Assembly (NCBI GenBank): GCA_037447605.1
Contig: CM074812.1
Span: 2,170,001 to 2,234,000, forward strand
Direction: 5' to 3'
DNA length: 64,000 bases
From: Zygnema circumcarinatum SAG 698-1b
Lineage: Eukaryota; Plantae; Zygnematophyceae
Shown piece by piece: positions 11,309 through 24,372 of the stretch. Both the position numbers and the translations under genes were made by a program. The notes below the pieces were generated by a model, which saw nothing but the letters and a program-made list of their open reading frames with translations, was not told the DNA's origin and made no database searches. The stretch's first letter is position 1, and every line of letters begins with the position of its first letter.

Positions 11309-14300
11309 CCACTACACACTCACCTGTCCGACGAGGAGAACTCGGCCGAAACTGTACCTTTGCATGGGCAGGAGTATGAGGATTTGGAGACGGCTGAGAG
11401 AGAGGCTATGTTGTCGAGCATGCCTCCCGGGTTTGTCCCGGGGATTTTCTTCAACACGAGGAGCCGGAGAGCGCAAGGACCTCGGAGGAGCACCCGTGTG
11501 GTGAGGAGGCCTGATCACTACAGGCCTTCACAGACTAATCTAGTACAGGAAAGAGTGCCTACAGACTCAGCGGACCTCGCGGGAGCTGCCCACTGTTTCA
11601 TGATCACCGAACCGCAAACCTTTGAGGAGGCGCACGACGGGGTCGATGGAGAGAAGTGGCGAGCAGCGATCTGACAGCGAGTGGGACAGTTTGCTAGAGA
11701 ACGGCACGTGGCGACTTGAGGAGCCGCTGAAAGGAAGGAGGGCCACTGGATTTGAAGTGGGTGTTCAAGGTGAAGCCAAAGGCTTACTCGGAGGTCGCGA
11801 CCGCTACAAGGCGCTGCTGGTGGCTTAAGGGCTTCACCAAAGTGCGTATCGGACCCACTACACGGAGACTCCGCCCGTATGGTTCAACTCCCTCCGCGTT
11901 CTAATATCGATCGGGAAGCAAATGAGGGATGCACGCACATCAACTCGATATCAAGACCGCGTTTCTGTACGGAGATCTCGCTGAGGAGATCTACATGGTA
12001 CAGCCCGAAGGGAAAGTTGTCCCGGGGCAGGAGCATCTCGTTTGTCGTCTTGCGGTTAGCCCTCAGACGGATCAAAACAAGCTTCGTGATTTGGTACGAA
12101 AATTGATGACCGCGAGTAACGCGATTTGCGCTGATTCGAGACGCTGACTATTCAGAAAATCGGTTGGGCGCGAGAAGAGAGGCGGATCTCTGCGTACGTT
12201 GGGATCTACGGGATCTAATTTATAACGGGTGAGAGCTCTACTGAGAGAATCAATGATTTGAAGTTTTGGAAGCTAACTTCAAAATGCTCTGATCTAGTGG
12301 GAGGCGCGGATTCCTAGAATGCAGCTTGAAGAGGGGGCGGACGGTAGTTTATTTCTTTGTCGGCGAAGCACGCCGCAGATATACTGGGCTAAAGTTCAAA
12401 ATGGAGGAGTGCCGCCTCGTTCTCGAGTCCGATGGAGATCTGAATGCCACGTCGAGATATGATGCCTACGCATGAGCGCGAGCGAGAATGTAACGGAGTG
12501 CCGCATAAATCGGCAACGGAGTTTAATGCATCCGATGGATAGTATCACCCGACTCTTGGCAAAAAGCCGCGAGTCAGCAGTCGGTTCATGGAGAATTCCG
12601 GCCCCAACATCGGGAGGCCGCGGGCGGATTTTCAGATTCGTGAAAGGGACCTTGGATTACGGTCTCAGATTTGAAAGTGTTAGTGTATGATAGTTAGCAT
12701 GTTTTGTTGGAACATTAGTTTTGTGTGTTTGTGTTGTGTGTTTCCTTGGCGGCGGTGCGCGCCTAAGTTAGTAGGCGGCGGTACGGACATTTGGTCGGTG
12801 GAAGAGGCGCGCCGCCACGGAGTCATGACGAGAACTTAATGCCAACAAATCGAAAAGACGGGCGCTGACACAAGGAGCGAATTGAAGATGACGCTGAATC
12901 ATACATGTATCGGGAAGGTGACGCTTACAAGGGCCAACCTTTGGATTGAACGATCGACTTGACGCCGACGCCAAAATGTCGGGCGCCGCTAATTCATCAT
13001 CAGACGGAGCTGGCCGATGTCGGTGGCGCGGCGACGACGCGAGTTCGACGCTGGGCCATCAATCTTCGAGGCGGTCGATCCTACGGCTAAAGACGGATTA
13101 GCTTAGAGGCCGAAATGGATCTCGACGCGAGGAAACGCACGATCCGTGGTGAGCCGACAGATCCGCGCTTGAGGATGAGGATCGGGATATAGTTCGCGCC
13201 ACTAGCCCATGTTGTGAGCTTCTGTATGGTAGTGTCACCATGTTGTGACATGCGATAGTGTGTTGTTTAGTTTGTTGTTAATCTTTAACTTCCCGACACA
13301 TCAACGTGAAGCACAGACTCGAGAAGCCGATGCCGTGTTGCCTAACATTACACTTGCTTGTGCCGCGAGGTAGGCTTTTGAGTTTATTGGGCCATTTGAG
13401 AGGGTCTCTATTTTGTGTTGATAAGTGATTATTATTATGAGCTTCAGGAGCCGTAGAGCTTTCCTATCCTTTTCTCATATTCCGCTGTGCATATTCTGAG
13501 AGGTTCTCTCTGTGAGTAAATTGGGCTATGAGTTAATGTGAGAGTTTGGGATATGTCATCATCGATTGGAACGCGAACTCCGATGGAGGGTGACCCGAAC
13601 GGAGGAACGGACGGGTACAGTGGAGGAGTCCCTGCACCAACAAGTGGTATCAGAGCTCATGGAGACTCGGAGGACCACGTCAAGTTCAGCATACCGGCGT
13701 TCGATGGGCAGGATTACAAAGCGTGGAGATGGAGGATGGTGCCTTTGCTTGTGGGCAAAGGGTTGCTTGGGTACGTTGATGGCAGCATCAAGGCGCCGGA
13801 GTTACCGGTTGGAGCCTCAGCGGAGCAGCAGTCGGAGCACGACGTGGCGCTCGCACGATGGAAGGCCAAGGACAACAAAGCCCTGACGCAGATTGTTATG
13901 AGCGTAAGAGGAAGTCCATCCTCTATGATGAATGATCTGAAAACATCTCAGGCTAAGAGGAACTGACTAGAGGAGATCTAATATGTGAAAGACAATGTGA
14001 CTATAGTCGGCCTTTGGCACCACTTCAGTAAGATGAAGATGACTTCAGAGAGAAACTAGAAGCTTATATGGTCGATTTCATGCATCATGGAGAGGTTCAT
14101 AGCCTTAGTGGAAACCGTTAGATGCACCATAAGATGTTTCAGTTTCTAGGGTTTGCCCGGAGACTTAAGTTTCAAAGGGCGCCTTGGAGGACAGCTCTGA
14201 CTAATACTAAGGACGCTGGAACAAGTAAGGTGAGGATAAAAGGAGGAGGATCTGATCTCGTGATGCTCTGCCACTGCTAAGAAGAGAAGGTGCTCAGGCT

Positions 14301-17300
14301 GTCACACACCTCAGAATTCTGAATCGAAGAGGAGGAGGCGCCCCAAAGTCTGCCCGAGGAGAGCGCTCGAATGTGACATGCTACACATGTGGCAAGACCG
14401 GCCACTATTCTAGCGACTGTTTCAAAAACAAAGGCAGTCTTGAGAAGGGAGGAAACGCGACTTCATCCGGCAAGAAAGAGAAGAAGGTGTTCAACGGCAC
14501 TTGTTTCAAGTGCAAGAAGAGAGGCTACAGAGAGTTCGTGACCGCAAGCGGCAGCTGAGAGCAAACTCTACGCTGGCAGAATAATGAGCACCCATTTTTG
14601 TGGGAAGGACTGCGCAGAGGACCGGCGTCAATATTGACTACGCTCTGACGCGATATGTGCGGTATCATATCAATGTTCTTCCAAGCTTGACGTCTGGAGA
14701 AGACGCTACCGCTCATCTGGCAGAACCAGGTGAAGGAGCGTCGCGGATTTAGAGGCGGAGCCGTATACGTCCCTGAGACCGCCGCCATCAATGAAGAAGA
14801 CGCTAGTGAGAAATCAGACATTACATGATAAGTTCTTCATCTCCTCGGGCCAGGCGTGCACTTTCATGTCCGGAGCCAAGGCAAGAAGGGATACAAAGGT
14901 TCGCTTTTGAGGAGAAGTCATATGGGCTATCCACTTAAACCGGGAGACGTACTGCTCGTGGGTTATGAGAGGAGGCCTGTGATATCTTGACGGTAAGAGA
15001 TAACCGCGAGGAGGAATGCAGTTTCAGAGAATGCCGTGATGCATGGCATCGTGACCTGGTCACCAGCAATCACCGTGAGGCATGAAGTCAAGTATCGAGA
15101 GGGGCTAGTCCGTGGAGGCTAGGACCCTGCGGGTAAATGGGAGAGCGAGTTAGGTCTGGCCAACGCTGAGGGTGGCAGCATTGTGAGACCATTCCCGAAG
15201 AGTGGAGGACGAGTCCCATCAAGCGAGAAAAGTTGGAATTGGTACATTCCCCGACCAGGTGGCTCCGGTTACACCTACACTGTACCGGGCGGAGAGCTTT
15301 TAGGTACTTCACACCTTCCTCGACGACTATTCAGAAGATTTCCGATCACACTCAAGAACAAGTCGAGGCTTTCGAGCTCGAGACTGGCTTCCAAATCCAG
15401 GCGGAGATGTAGACCTGACCGGCGCTGGAAGGCTTTTCCGCCTGACAATGGTGGCGAAGTTCAAATCGAAGGAATTCGCAGCGTTTCTGAAGAACCGTGG
15501 TATAAGGCATGAATTCTCAGCCCCCTATTCCCCACAGAGTAATGGAGCAGCTGAACGTGTGAATAGGACATTGGGGGACATGGCCAGGACCATGTTGATT
15601 GATTCCCCCTTTCTGGCTTCCTTTTGGGGAGAAGCAGTTTCTACGGCTGCTTACATTAGGAACAGATGTCCGCCTTCGTCTTTGAAAGACCGTGTCCCGA
15701 AAGCAGCATGTGGGAGCGGGGAGTGAGCCCACAGCTTCCCACCTCCGAGACCTTTGGCGCCACATGTCACACGAGACTGCCCAAGGCGCGACAGAAGAAG
15801 AAATTGACCGAGCCGCTGGAGGGCTACGGTTCTACATAACACCCAGCGAGCCGCGACCTGCTGGGGAGTTTGGAACCTCGACTCCAAGGAAGCTCTGGGA
15901 CGAGACATTACACGGACGGCGAGAGCTGGGTTGGCAGACTCGATCTTTACCTCCAATAAGACCGACCTCGATCGGGTAACGAGGGAGAAACAATTGAGAG
16001 AAGGGTGGTGCTGCAGTAGAGCGCTCAAAGACGCTTGAAATGAAGGGAGCCGAGCCAAGAAGAAAGCCGACAGTTTTGCCTTACTGATGATGCAGAGACG
16101 CCCGCTGAGGCGCGGATGCTGAGGAGCCAGCATACCAATGGAGACTTATCTCCCCTTCACACCTACCCAAAGGGGTGAAGAGGAGAACTTGGGAGACTCG
16201 GCCCCGCTTCACGCTGCTAGGGATCTCAGAGAGGATCTCAAGCTGCCGGTAGGGGATGCGAATGTTAAAGAAACATGCCCCTCAGGGGTTTTGTTCGACC
16301 TACTTCACCCGAGGACAGGCGCTAAGACAAACTGGAGGAGCCGTCGAGATACGAGGCTTACCCGTGATCGGTTTCTACCGGGTACCAATCCGATCCAAGA
16401 GAGAGTGCCATCGATTCACCGACCCGCTGAGTTGCCCATCGCTTCATGATTACCGTTCAATGCATCTTTGAGAAAACGCATCGAGTTGATGGCGATAGCG
16501 GCGGGTTGGCACGGGATAACGGGACAGCCTCTGATCGAGAATCCAAGACGTGGAGGATCGAGGAGTCAGTAAGGGAGGCGAAAGCCATTCACGCGAAACG
16601 GGTCTTCAAAGTCAAGAGGAAGGCATCAAGCTGATAAAAAGTACAAGGGGCGCGGTTAGGCGCAAAGGATACGCCGCCAGTGATGGGATTGACTACATGG
16701 AGACGTCAGCCCAAAGGGTAAAGTTCCACCCCGAGAGCCTTGATTTATCATGAAATACCGCCGAAGGAACGACGCCCATCAATTGGACATCAAGACGCAT
16801 TGTATGAACCGCAGATTTACATGAGCAGCCGAGGGAAGGTCGCCCCCGAAGGAGCACCTGGGCCTCGTTTATCGTGTGAAGAGCCCAGACGGCTCGGCAA
16901 GCGCCGGTGAAAGTGTGGTAGGTACCTAAAAGATTGATCATCTTTGAGGAGGAATGATTCTCTTTGCTCTGCTTGAGACAGCATCATTCAAGGTACCGGC
17001 TGGCGAGAGAAGTGTACACGTTCGCTTGGGATCTATGTCGACGATTCATTGCCATGGTGACGCCTCTCCTGAAAGAATCAGATTCAAGGAATTGTCAGGC
17101 AAATTTCAAAATACGATTCGAGCGCAGATTCCATTGAATGCAACAAGAGGGCGTGGATTTGTGCTTGTTTCTATGTCAGCGAAGTATGCTCGCATGTGCT
17201 TGCCCGATGAATGGAGGATGCCAGCCGCGGTTCCGTACCCCCATGGAGATCTAAGACTAGGCTTCTCAAGGAGATGTCAATTGGCCTGGATGAGGCACAA

Positions 17301-20300
17301 AGATGTTCGAGTGCCATACGACCACAAGGATCGAGTCTAATGTAATTTTGATGATCTAACGCCGTCCGACTTGGCGAAAGCGGTGAGGCTCTACCACCGA
17401 CCATGGAGAATCCGGGTTCCCGAAAGCATTGGGAGTGTCAAGAGGATTTTTCAGCATGTGAAGGGGACGCCGATTATGGAATCGTATTATGAGAGTAGGG
17501 GCCAAACTGCAGGATTGGCTATAATGCACTGGTGATTGGGGAGGAGATGTCGGCGGCACGCCACGCCGACTTCGGGGTTTCTGTTTGTATCTTCGAATGA
17601 GGAGGAGCCATTTCGTGGAGTTCCAAGCTGCGGGTATCGTGGCGACGAGCACCTGAGGGGGCGAAAGTACATGGGTGCTTCTCATTATGTCAAGGAAGGA
17701 GCGTCTGCGCAGCTTCTTTTAGCGCAGGGACCAACGACCGATACCTTGTTTACCGACAATCAATCGTCGATTGCCCTGGTGGGAAACCCTGTGTTCCACA
17801 AGAGGACCAAGCACATTCGGGTGCAGTACCATTATGTACGGGAGTTGGTCGAGGAGGGCTTGATCGAGGTGAAGCCTGTAGCACCAAGGAGCAGTCACAG
17901 AGCAGTGCCAACAAAGGGAGTTGGGGAAACACTATTAGTCAACTGAGGTCAGACAATACCGCGCGAAAAATCATTAGAAGTTCCAAAGAGGGGGGATTGG
18001 TAGTATGATAGTTAGTATGTTTTGTTGGAACATTAGTTTTGTGTGTTTGTATAGTGTTTCCTTGGAGGAAGTGTGCGCCAAGTTAGTAGCGCGGCGGTAC
18101 TCCATTATTTGGTCGGTGAAGAGGAGCGCGCCGACGGAGTCGGCGACAAGCAGCGCCGACGCTAAATAAATCGAAAAAGTGACGCTGGCGCTTACGCCGC
18201 CGCGCACCAATTGAAGATGTGGCGCCGACGCTGCACCGCCAAGGCTGACCCGGCAGTGACGCTGGGCGCTGGCGCCGTCAACCTTTTGATTGAACGATTC
18301 GGATTTGACGCGATAAGGCTGGCCAAAATGTCGGGGCTAATTCATCAATATCAGACGAGCGCGCTGACAACAGGCGGCGACGAAGCGGAGTTCGACGCCA
18401 CACGAATCTTGGAGAAGGGGTCGATCCTGCAATTTCCGCCATAAAGACGCGATTAGCTTTCAGGCCGAGCCTGACCGACGGAGAAACGTCCGCGACGGAT
18501 CCCGCAGGAGCCTAATTAGAGATCCACTTGCCAAGAGGATGAGGACGGATTATATTCTGCGCTTACTCAGCCGTTGTGAGCTTCTGTTGTATGGTAGTGT
18601 CACTCGGAGGTTGTGACATAGCATGCGTGCTGTTTAGTCAGGTTGTTAATCTTTAACTTCACACACAACGAAATATTGTAGACTCTCGGTGCCTCGATGC
18701 TCGTTGTCAACATTACACTTGCTTCGTAAGCCGCTGTAGGTAGCCGGGTTTTTGAGTTTATCGGGCTATTTGAGAGGGTCTCATTTTAGTTGATAAGATT
18801 ATTATTAAGGAGTTTTAGAGCCGAGAGCTTTCTCCTATCCCTCTCTCATATTCCTACTGCATATTCTCGAGAGGTTCACTGGTGGAGTAAAATGGGCTAT
18901 GAGTGAATGTGAGAGTTTGGGAAATGTCATCATCGCATTGGAACGCGAACCCGGCGGAAGGTGATGCGAGTGGAGAAGCTGGCGGAAGAAGCAAGGTGAG
19001 TCCCCTCGCACTACCAGAAGCAACCCGTGAGTGATCGGCACACACCGACTGCATTGGGAGGTGATGTGGACACGTCACGATCGACGTCAGGATTTGTGTT
19101 CCTGAACGGAGGAGGCGCGATCTCATGGAGCTCGAAGTTACAAGATTCGGTGGCGCTGTCGAGCACCGAAGGAGAGTACATGGGAGCGTGCCATGCAGCG
19201 CAAGGAGGGGATGTGGTTCCAACATTTCTTTGATGAATGTAAGCAACCACAAACACCATTGACTCTTTTTACGGACAACCAGTCATCTATAGCCCTCATG
19301 GAGAACCCTGTGTTTCATAAGAGAACCAAGCACATTAGGGTGCAATATCATTATGTGCGAGAGTTGGTAGAGGAAGGGATGATAGTGGTGAAGTTTGTAG
19401 GAACAAAAGAGCAGGCTGCAGACATGTTGACCAAGGGGGTCAGTGGGGAGACACTACTAGTGAACAGCAGATTGATTGGGCTAGGGCCCATGAGGAACTG
19501 AGTCCCAAGAGGGGGATTGTTAGTGTTAGTGTATGATAGTTAGACATTGTATGGCACACACTAACTTGTTGTGGTACTCAGTTTGTAGAACATGAGATCT
19601 GCTAGGCGTAGTGCTCTTAGATTTAGGAATGTCGGTGCTCGACTCGTGTGAGCAAGCGCCAGCGAAAGTGCGCTGAGTACTAACGTAGCCGTGGCCATTG
19701 ACGCTGGCGCCGACATTACGTGCGCCGGAGAACTGACGCTACACTTTGATTGCCGAGGCGCTGCCCCGGATTCGAAGCACGGACGCCGCTAACTTTGATT
19801 GGCGCACGGGCGGCTACGCAGCTAAACGCTGAGCTAAAGTTGCGCGCGAAACTATTATTAAGATATTTGGCTTAACCGAATGCGCCACGCGGACCACTCG
19901 CACGTGGGTCCGCGAAGTTCGAGTGTACGCGGCCGAGGTGTCAGGCGGCGAAGACTGAAGGAGCGCCAGCGAAACTAAACCGCAGACGGGACAGTACGGT
20001 TTTACAAGAATCCAGGGTCGGCGCCGCCAGAGGTTTACGAGGCGCCTAGCCGGCCGCTATTCGAAAGTGCGCCTACCGTGCACTCAAAGGTATGGTGCCA
20101 TCGAGTGACGCCGACGCGAGGTAACAATAGCCACGGACGCCATATTATATAGTGCATAGTTTTATTATGGGAAGTAACCCACCCACACTACTTTGTCATA
20201 GTCTCGGTCTTATTCTGTGCCTGCTCGTGCTGCTAGGCTGCCTACACTTGTGTCGTGAGGTAGTGAGTGAGAGGGACCTTGAAGTAGTGGGAGAACTTCA

Positions 20301-20537
20301 TTGTGGGAAGACAGTTTTATTATAAGGAGTTTTAGAGCCGTGAGCTTTCTCCTAACACTCTCTCATTGTGATTTCCGCTGTGCTTGTCTTGTAGCTTCAT
20401 TCTGTTGTTATGGGCGATGAGTGAAGTAAGATAGAGCTTTGAGTGTTTGAATGTCTTCATCCGTGGGAACTCAAGTTCCAATGGAGGGCGACACCCGAGG
20501 TGGCGCCGGAAGTGGGGAGCAAACCCCTGCTTCAACA
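11309..20537 (+). mobile_element. Outer Ty1/copia LTR retrotransposon (5' part lost in gap 11299-11308): RT ~11600-12677, RNase H ~19020-19501, PPT ~19508-19517, 3' LTR 19518-20537
   Basis: EPQTFEEA...EWDSLLENGTW, HQLDIKTAFLYGDLAEEIYMVQPEG and KGTLDYGLRFE, resuming after the nested element with GGDVDTSRSTSGFVFLNGGGAISWSSKLQDSVALSSTEGEY and TDNQSSIALMENPVFHKRTKHIRVQYHYVRE. PPT aagagggggat is followed by TGTTAG; the LTR ends cttcaaCA. Confidence 0.85.
12678..19016 (+). mobile_element. Inner full-length Ty1/copia element, frameshift-riddled: 5' LTR 12678-13642, PBS 13645-13656, gag, integrase, RT, RNase H, PPT, 3' LTR ~17998-19016
   Basis: PBS TGGTATCAGAGC (tRNA-iMet). Gag N-terminus IPAFDGQDYKAWRWRM and zinc knuckle CYTCGKTGHYSSDC. 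Integrase YSPQSNGAAERVNRTL...FWGEAVSTAAYIRNR and RNase H TDNQSSIALVGNPVFHKRTKHIRVQYHYVRE. INT-RT-RH order. Both LTRs share tatgatagttag...ttggaacattagttttgtgtg. Flanks gaaag / gaag(c) look like a degraded TSD. Confidence 0.88.
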
Positions 20538-22720
20538 AGCGCGACCGGGGGCGTGACGGGACAGCACGAGATTCTGAGTTGGGAGTTTGAGAGCAGCTGG
20601 CCGAGTACTGCCTGAGGGAGGGGGATCGGGAGGCCACGTGGCAGATCGAACGGCGTGGAATGGTCTCCTTCAAGCTTGTAGTCAGAGTGAGGCTCGAGGA
20701 GGAGGGTTTGGTGTTGTGACAACAAACAGGTCAACAGGTCTAACTCCCCCTAATATGGACAACACTGTTGTTCATATTATTGGCAACAGATTGGAGTGGG
20801 TTTCTAGAGTTTCTAGGATTTCTAGGGTTGTTGGGGTTTTTGCAGGGCGGCCTGCTCTAATAGGGAGATGGAGGAGGGGAATAAGAGATTCTGAGATTGG
20901 AGGGGAGGGAGAGAACTCAACGGTAACTAAACTCTGTGAAGTTTCACGAAACTAGACGGAATGCAACGGCAACACATAGAAACAATGTTTTTGCAGTTGA
21001 GTTCGCCGTAGAACTGTGACAGACAAAGCGGGTTGTAAACTGAAATTGAACAAAAAATAGATGAATGATGATTTTATTCAATCGATTAAGTGAGCTAGAA
21101 GCACAGGGGGATGTGGGCCATGTGGCATTCATTGATCTCACAATGGCCATGATGCCATCACATATCGACATTGTCATCATGGGGAACAACGAGTAACTAG
21201 CTGATCGCAAAGGATCTAAAGACAAAAGGGAAAAGCTATGGAGCTGAAATTTGGAGGGCTTGGAGGTGGTGGACCAAGTTCCTCGCAGCCGTACACTTGT
21301 AACTAAGCACCAAGACGTCGTTCATTTCTTTCTGGAAAATGATACAGCCGCCCCACTTTTTGGATATCCACGCCCCCTTTCGGGAAAATTTGTACTATAC
21401 TTTCATTTTGGCTAATCACGCCCTCCCNNNNNNNNNNAGTGCATAGTTTTATTATGGGAAGAAACCCACCCACACTACTTTGTCATAGTCTCGGGGTCTT
21501 ATTCTGTGCCTGCTCGTGCTGCTAGGCTGCCTACACTTGTGTCGTGAGGTAGTGAGTGAGAGGGACCTTGAAGTAGTGGGAGAACTTCATTGTGGGAAGA
21601 CAGTTTTATTATAAGGAGTTTTAGAGCCGTGAGCTTTCTCCTAACACTCTCTCATTGTGATTTCCGCTGTGCTTGTCTTGTAGCTTCATTCTGTTGTTAT
21701 GGGCGATGAGTGAAGTAAGATAGAGCTTTGAGTGTTTGAATGTCTTCATCCGTGGGAACTCAAGTTCCAATGGAGGGCGACACCCGAGGTGGCGCCGGAA
21801 GTGGGGAGCAAACCCCTGCTTCAACAAGCGCGACCGGGGGCGTGACGGGACAGCACGAGATTCTGAGTTGGGAGTTTGAGAGCAGCTGGCCGAGTACTGC
21901 CTGAGGGAGGGGGATCGGGAGGCCACGTGGCAGATCGAACGGCGTGGAATGGTCTCCTTCAAGCTTGTAGTCAGAGTGAGGCTCGAGGAGGAGGGTTTGG
22001 TGTTGTGACAACAAACAGGTCAACAGGTCTAACTCCCCCTAATATGGACAACACTGTTGTTCATATTATTGGCAACAGATTGGAGTGGGTTTCTAGAGTT
22101 TCTAGGATTTCTAGGGTTGTTGGGGTTTTTGCAGGGCGGCCTGCTCTAATAGGGAGATGGAGGAGGGGAATAAGAGATTCTGAGATTGGAGGGGAGGGAG
22201 AGAACTCAACGGTAACTAAACTCTGTGAAGTTTCACGAAACTAGACGGAATGCAACGGCAACACATAGAAACAATGTTTTTGCAGTTGAGTTCGCCGTAG
22301 AACTGTGACAGACAAAGCGGGTTGTAAACTGAAATTGAACAAAAAATAGATGAATGATGATTTTATTCAATCGATTAAGTGAGCTAGAAGCACAGGGGGA
22401 TGTGGGCCATGTGGCATTCATTGATCTCACAATGGCCATGATGCCATCACATATCGACATTGTCATCATGGGGAACAACGAGTAACTAGCTGATCGCAAA
22501 GGATCTAAAGACAAAAGGGAAAAGCTATGGAGCTGAAATTTGGAGGGCTTGGAGGTGGTGGACCAAGTTCCTCGCAGCCGTACACTTGTAACTAAGCACC
22601 AAGACGTCGTTCATTTCTTTCTGGAAAATGATACAGCCGCCCCACTTTTTGGATATCCACGCCCCCTTTCGGGAAAATTTGTACTATACTTTCATTTTGG
22701 CTAATCACGCCCTCCCCTTG
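20151..22720. repeat. Near-identical ~1.29-kb direct duplication across the gap at 21428-21437 (probable scaffolding artefact)
   Basis: Identical ORF sets offset by 1289 nt (20332/21621, 20587/21876, 20944/22233). The first copy ends exactly at the gap and the second starts exactly after it. Confidence 0.9.
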
Positions 22721-23166
22721 GATCTTTCGGGAGGAGAGATCTTGTAGACAATCGGACCCCGCGCCTCGCGCGCAGGATCCGACCGTGCACTACGTACGGC
22801 GGTGCGCCCCTTGGATCTTTCGGGAGGAGGTGGAGGAGGTGTAACCGAATGTCGGTGTGTTGGTTGGGTGACGACAGTCACCCTCGCCCCTATATGTTTC
22901 CCCCGTCAAACCCCCTACTGTACCGGCATGGGGGACCGCAGGGTCCAATGGCAGACTGCCACGTGGCAAGCTCTGACCCAAAAGGATCAGGTGAGGACAA
23001 CGTCCGTAGGATCGGGCGCGGCGCCGCACGTCGGTGCACGATTGTCTACAAGATCTCTCCTCCCGAAAGATCCAAGGGGGGGGCGTGATTAGCCAAAATG
23101 AAAGTACAGTTTTTTCCCGAAAGGGGGCGCGGATATCCAAAAAATGGGGCGGCTGTATCATTTTCC
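22623..23166. mobile_element. Foldback / Mutator-like MITE, 544 bp, ~130-bp terminal inverted repeats
   Basis: GGAAAATGATACAGCCGCCCC...gatcttgtagacaatc (22623-22753) is reverse-complemented at 23040-23166. 8-bp TSD TTCTTTCT at 22615-22622 and 23167-23174. Confidence 0.8.
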
Positions 23167-24372
23167 TTCTTTCTTTGAGAGTACTGCAGTTGATCGACGG
23201 GCTTTGAATTGAATAAGAAAACCCAAAAATATCTGAAAATAAACCACGAAAACGTACTATCTTGTGTCCGACGGACAAGACCATATAGTACTGTACTTCC
23301 ATCCCTTTTGCTGGCGACAAGGATAAGCCGTAGAAGGACAAGATCAATCGATCAATCAATCAATCAATCACTTTCCTGCTAGATAGCCTTGATGAATTCT
23401 TTGCATGAGTGATTGCATGATCGTATGTCGTCGACTATGTTGAGAAGTTCAAACTTGCAATGTGGAGTTTGTTGTCGCACTACTTCCAACAGTAAAAAAG
23501 TGAAAATATTTTCAGTTTCTCACTGAAAACTAGGTTTTGATCGGACGGTCAATTCTGTTCAGGCGGGATCCAACGGCCCCCGCGCTTTCTATTTTATGGT
23601 TTTTTAGGTTTGCGGTAGAGGGCGACCCAAGGAAGGGATGGTATATATTGAACTCACGATGGCAAGGCCATCAAATGTACATAGAGAAAATCAACATCGG
23701 GAACCAAAGGAAGCGGTCACAAAGGGATCCAAGGGCTCGCGCTCCTCCTTTAAGACGTGCGAGATAGATCCAACGGTTCAGATCTTAGAACGTTCGACCC
23801 TTTCAGTTCGGTACGGTTTCCTTCAGAATCGTGCTCGGTCGATAGTACGAACGAATGCCGAACTAAATTTATTTTACGCGTATACAGGAGTGTAATATGT
23901 TTCTAAATCTGTACGAATTGTAAAATTGAGTGGATGCAGCATACATTATGAACGATAGGAGCACATGCATGTGTCTCCAGCGTCCGTACGGCCTCCGGAT
24001 TTAGGGTTAGGGTTTCGTGTGTGGCGGGAGGCGGCGGAGGGAGAGCGAAAAGGGGGGAGGGGTAGAGGGCGTAAGAGGGAGAAAGCGGGGGAGAGGGAGG
24101 GAGGGAGAGAAAGAGAGAGAGAGGCGAGGGGGGAGAGAGGGACAGGGGCAGAGGGAGAGCGAAAAGGGAGGACAGGAAGAGGGAGAGAGGGAGGGAGAGA
24201 GGGAGAGAAAGAGGAGAGGGAGGGAGAGAGAGGGGCGAGGGGAGAGGGAGACAGGTGCGAAGGGAGAAAGAGACAAAGGGGGAGAGGGACGGGGAGAGAG
24301 AAAGTGAGAGACAGTTGGAGGGGGAGAGAGGGAGAGAGTTGGCGAGAGAGAGGGAGTGGGAGATCAGCCGCC

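Noticed and set aside
20736-20760. aactccccctaa as a minus-strand polypurine tract of another LTR element
   Set aside because: No matching LTR pair or pol sequence was found next to it.
22790-23895. Minus- and plus-strand ORFs upstream of SNU114
   Set aside because: They overlap the MITE and promoter-like DNA; no recognisable domain.
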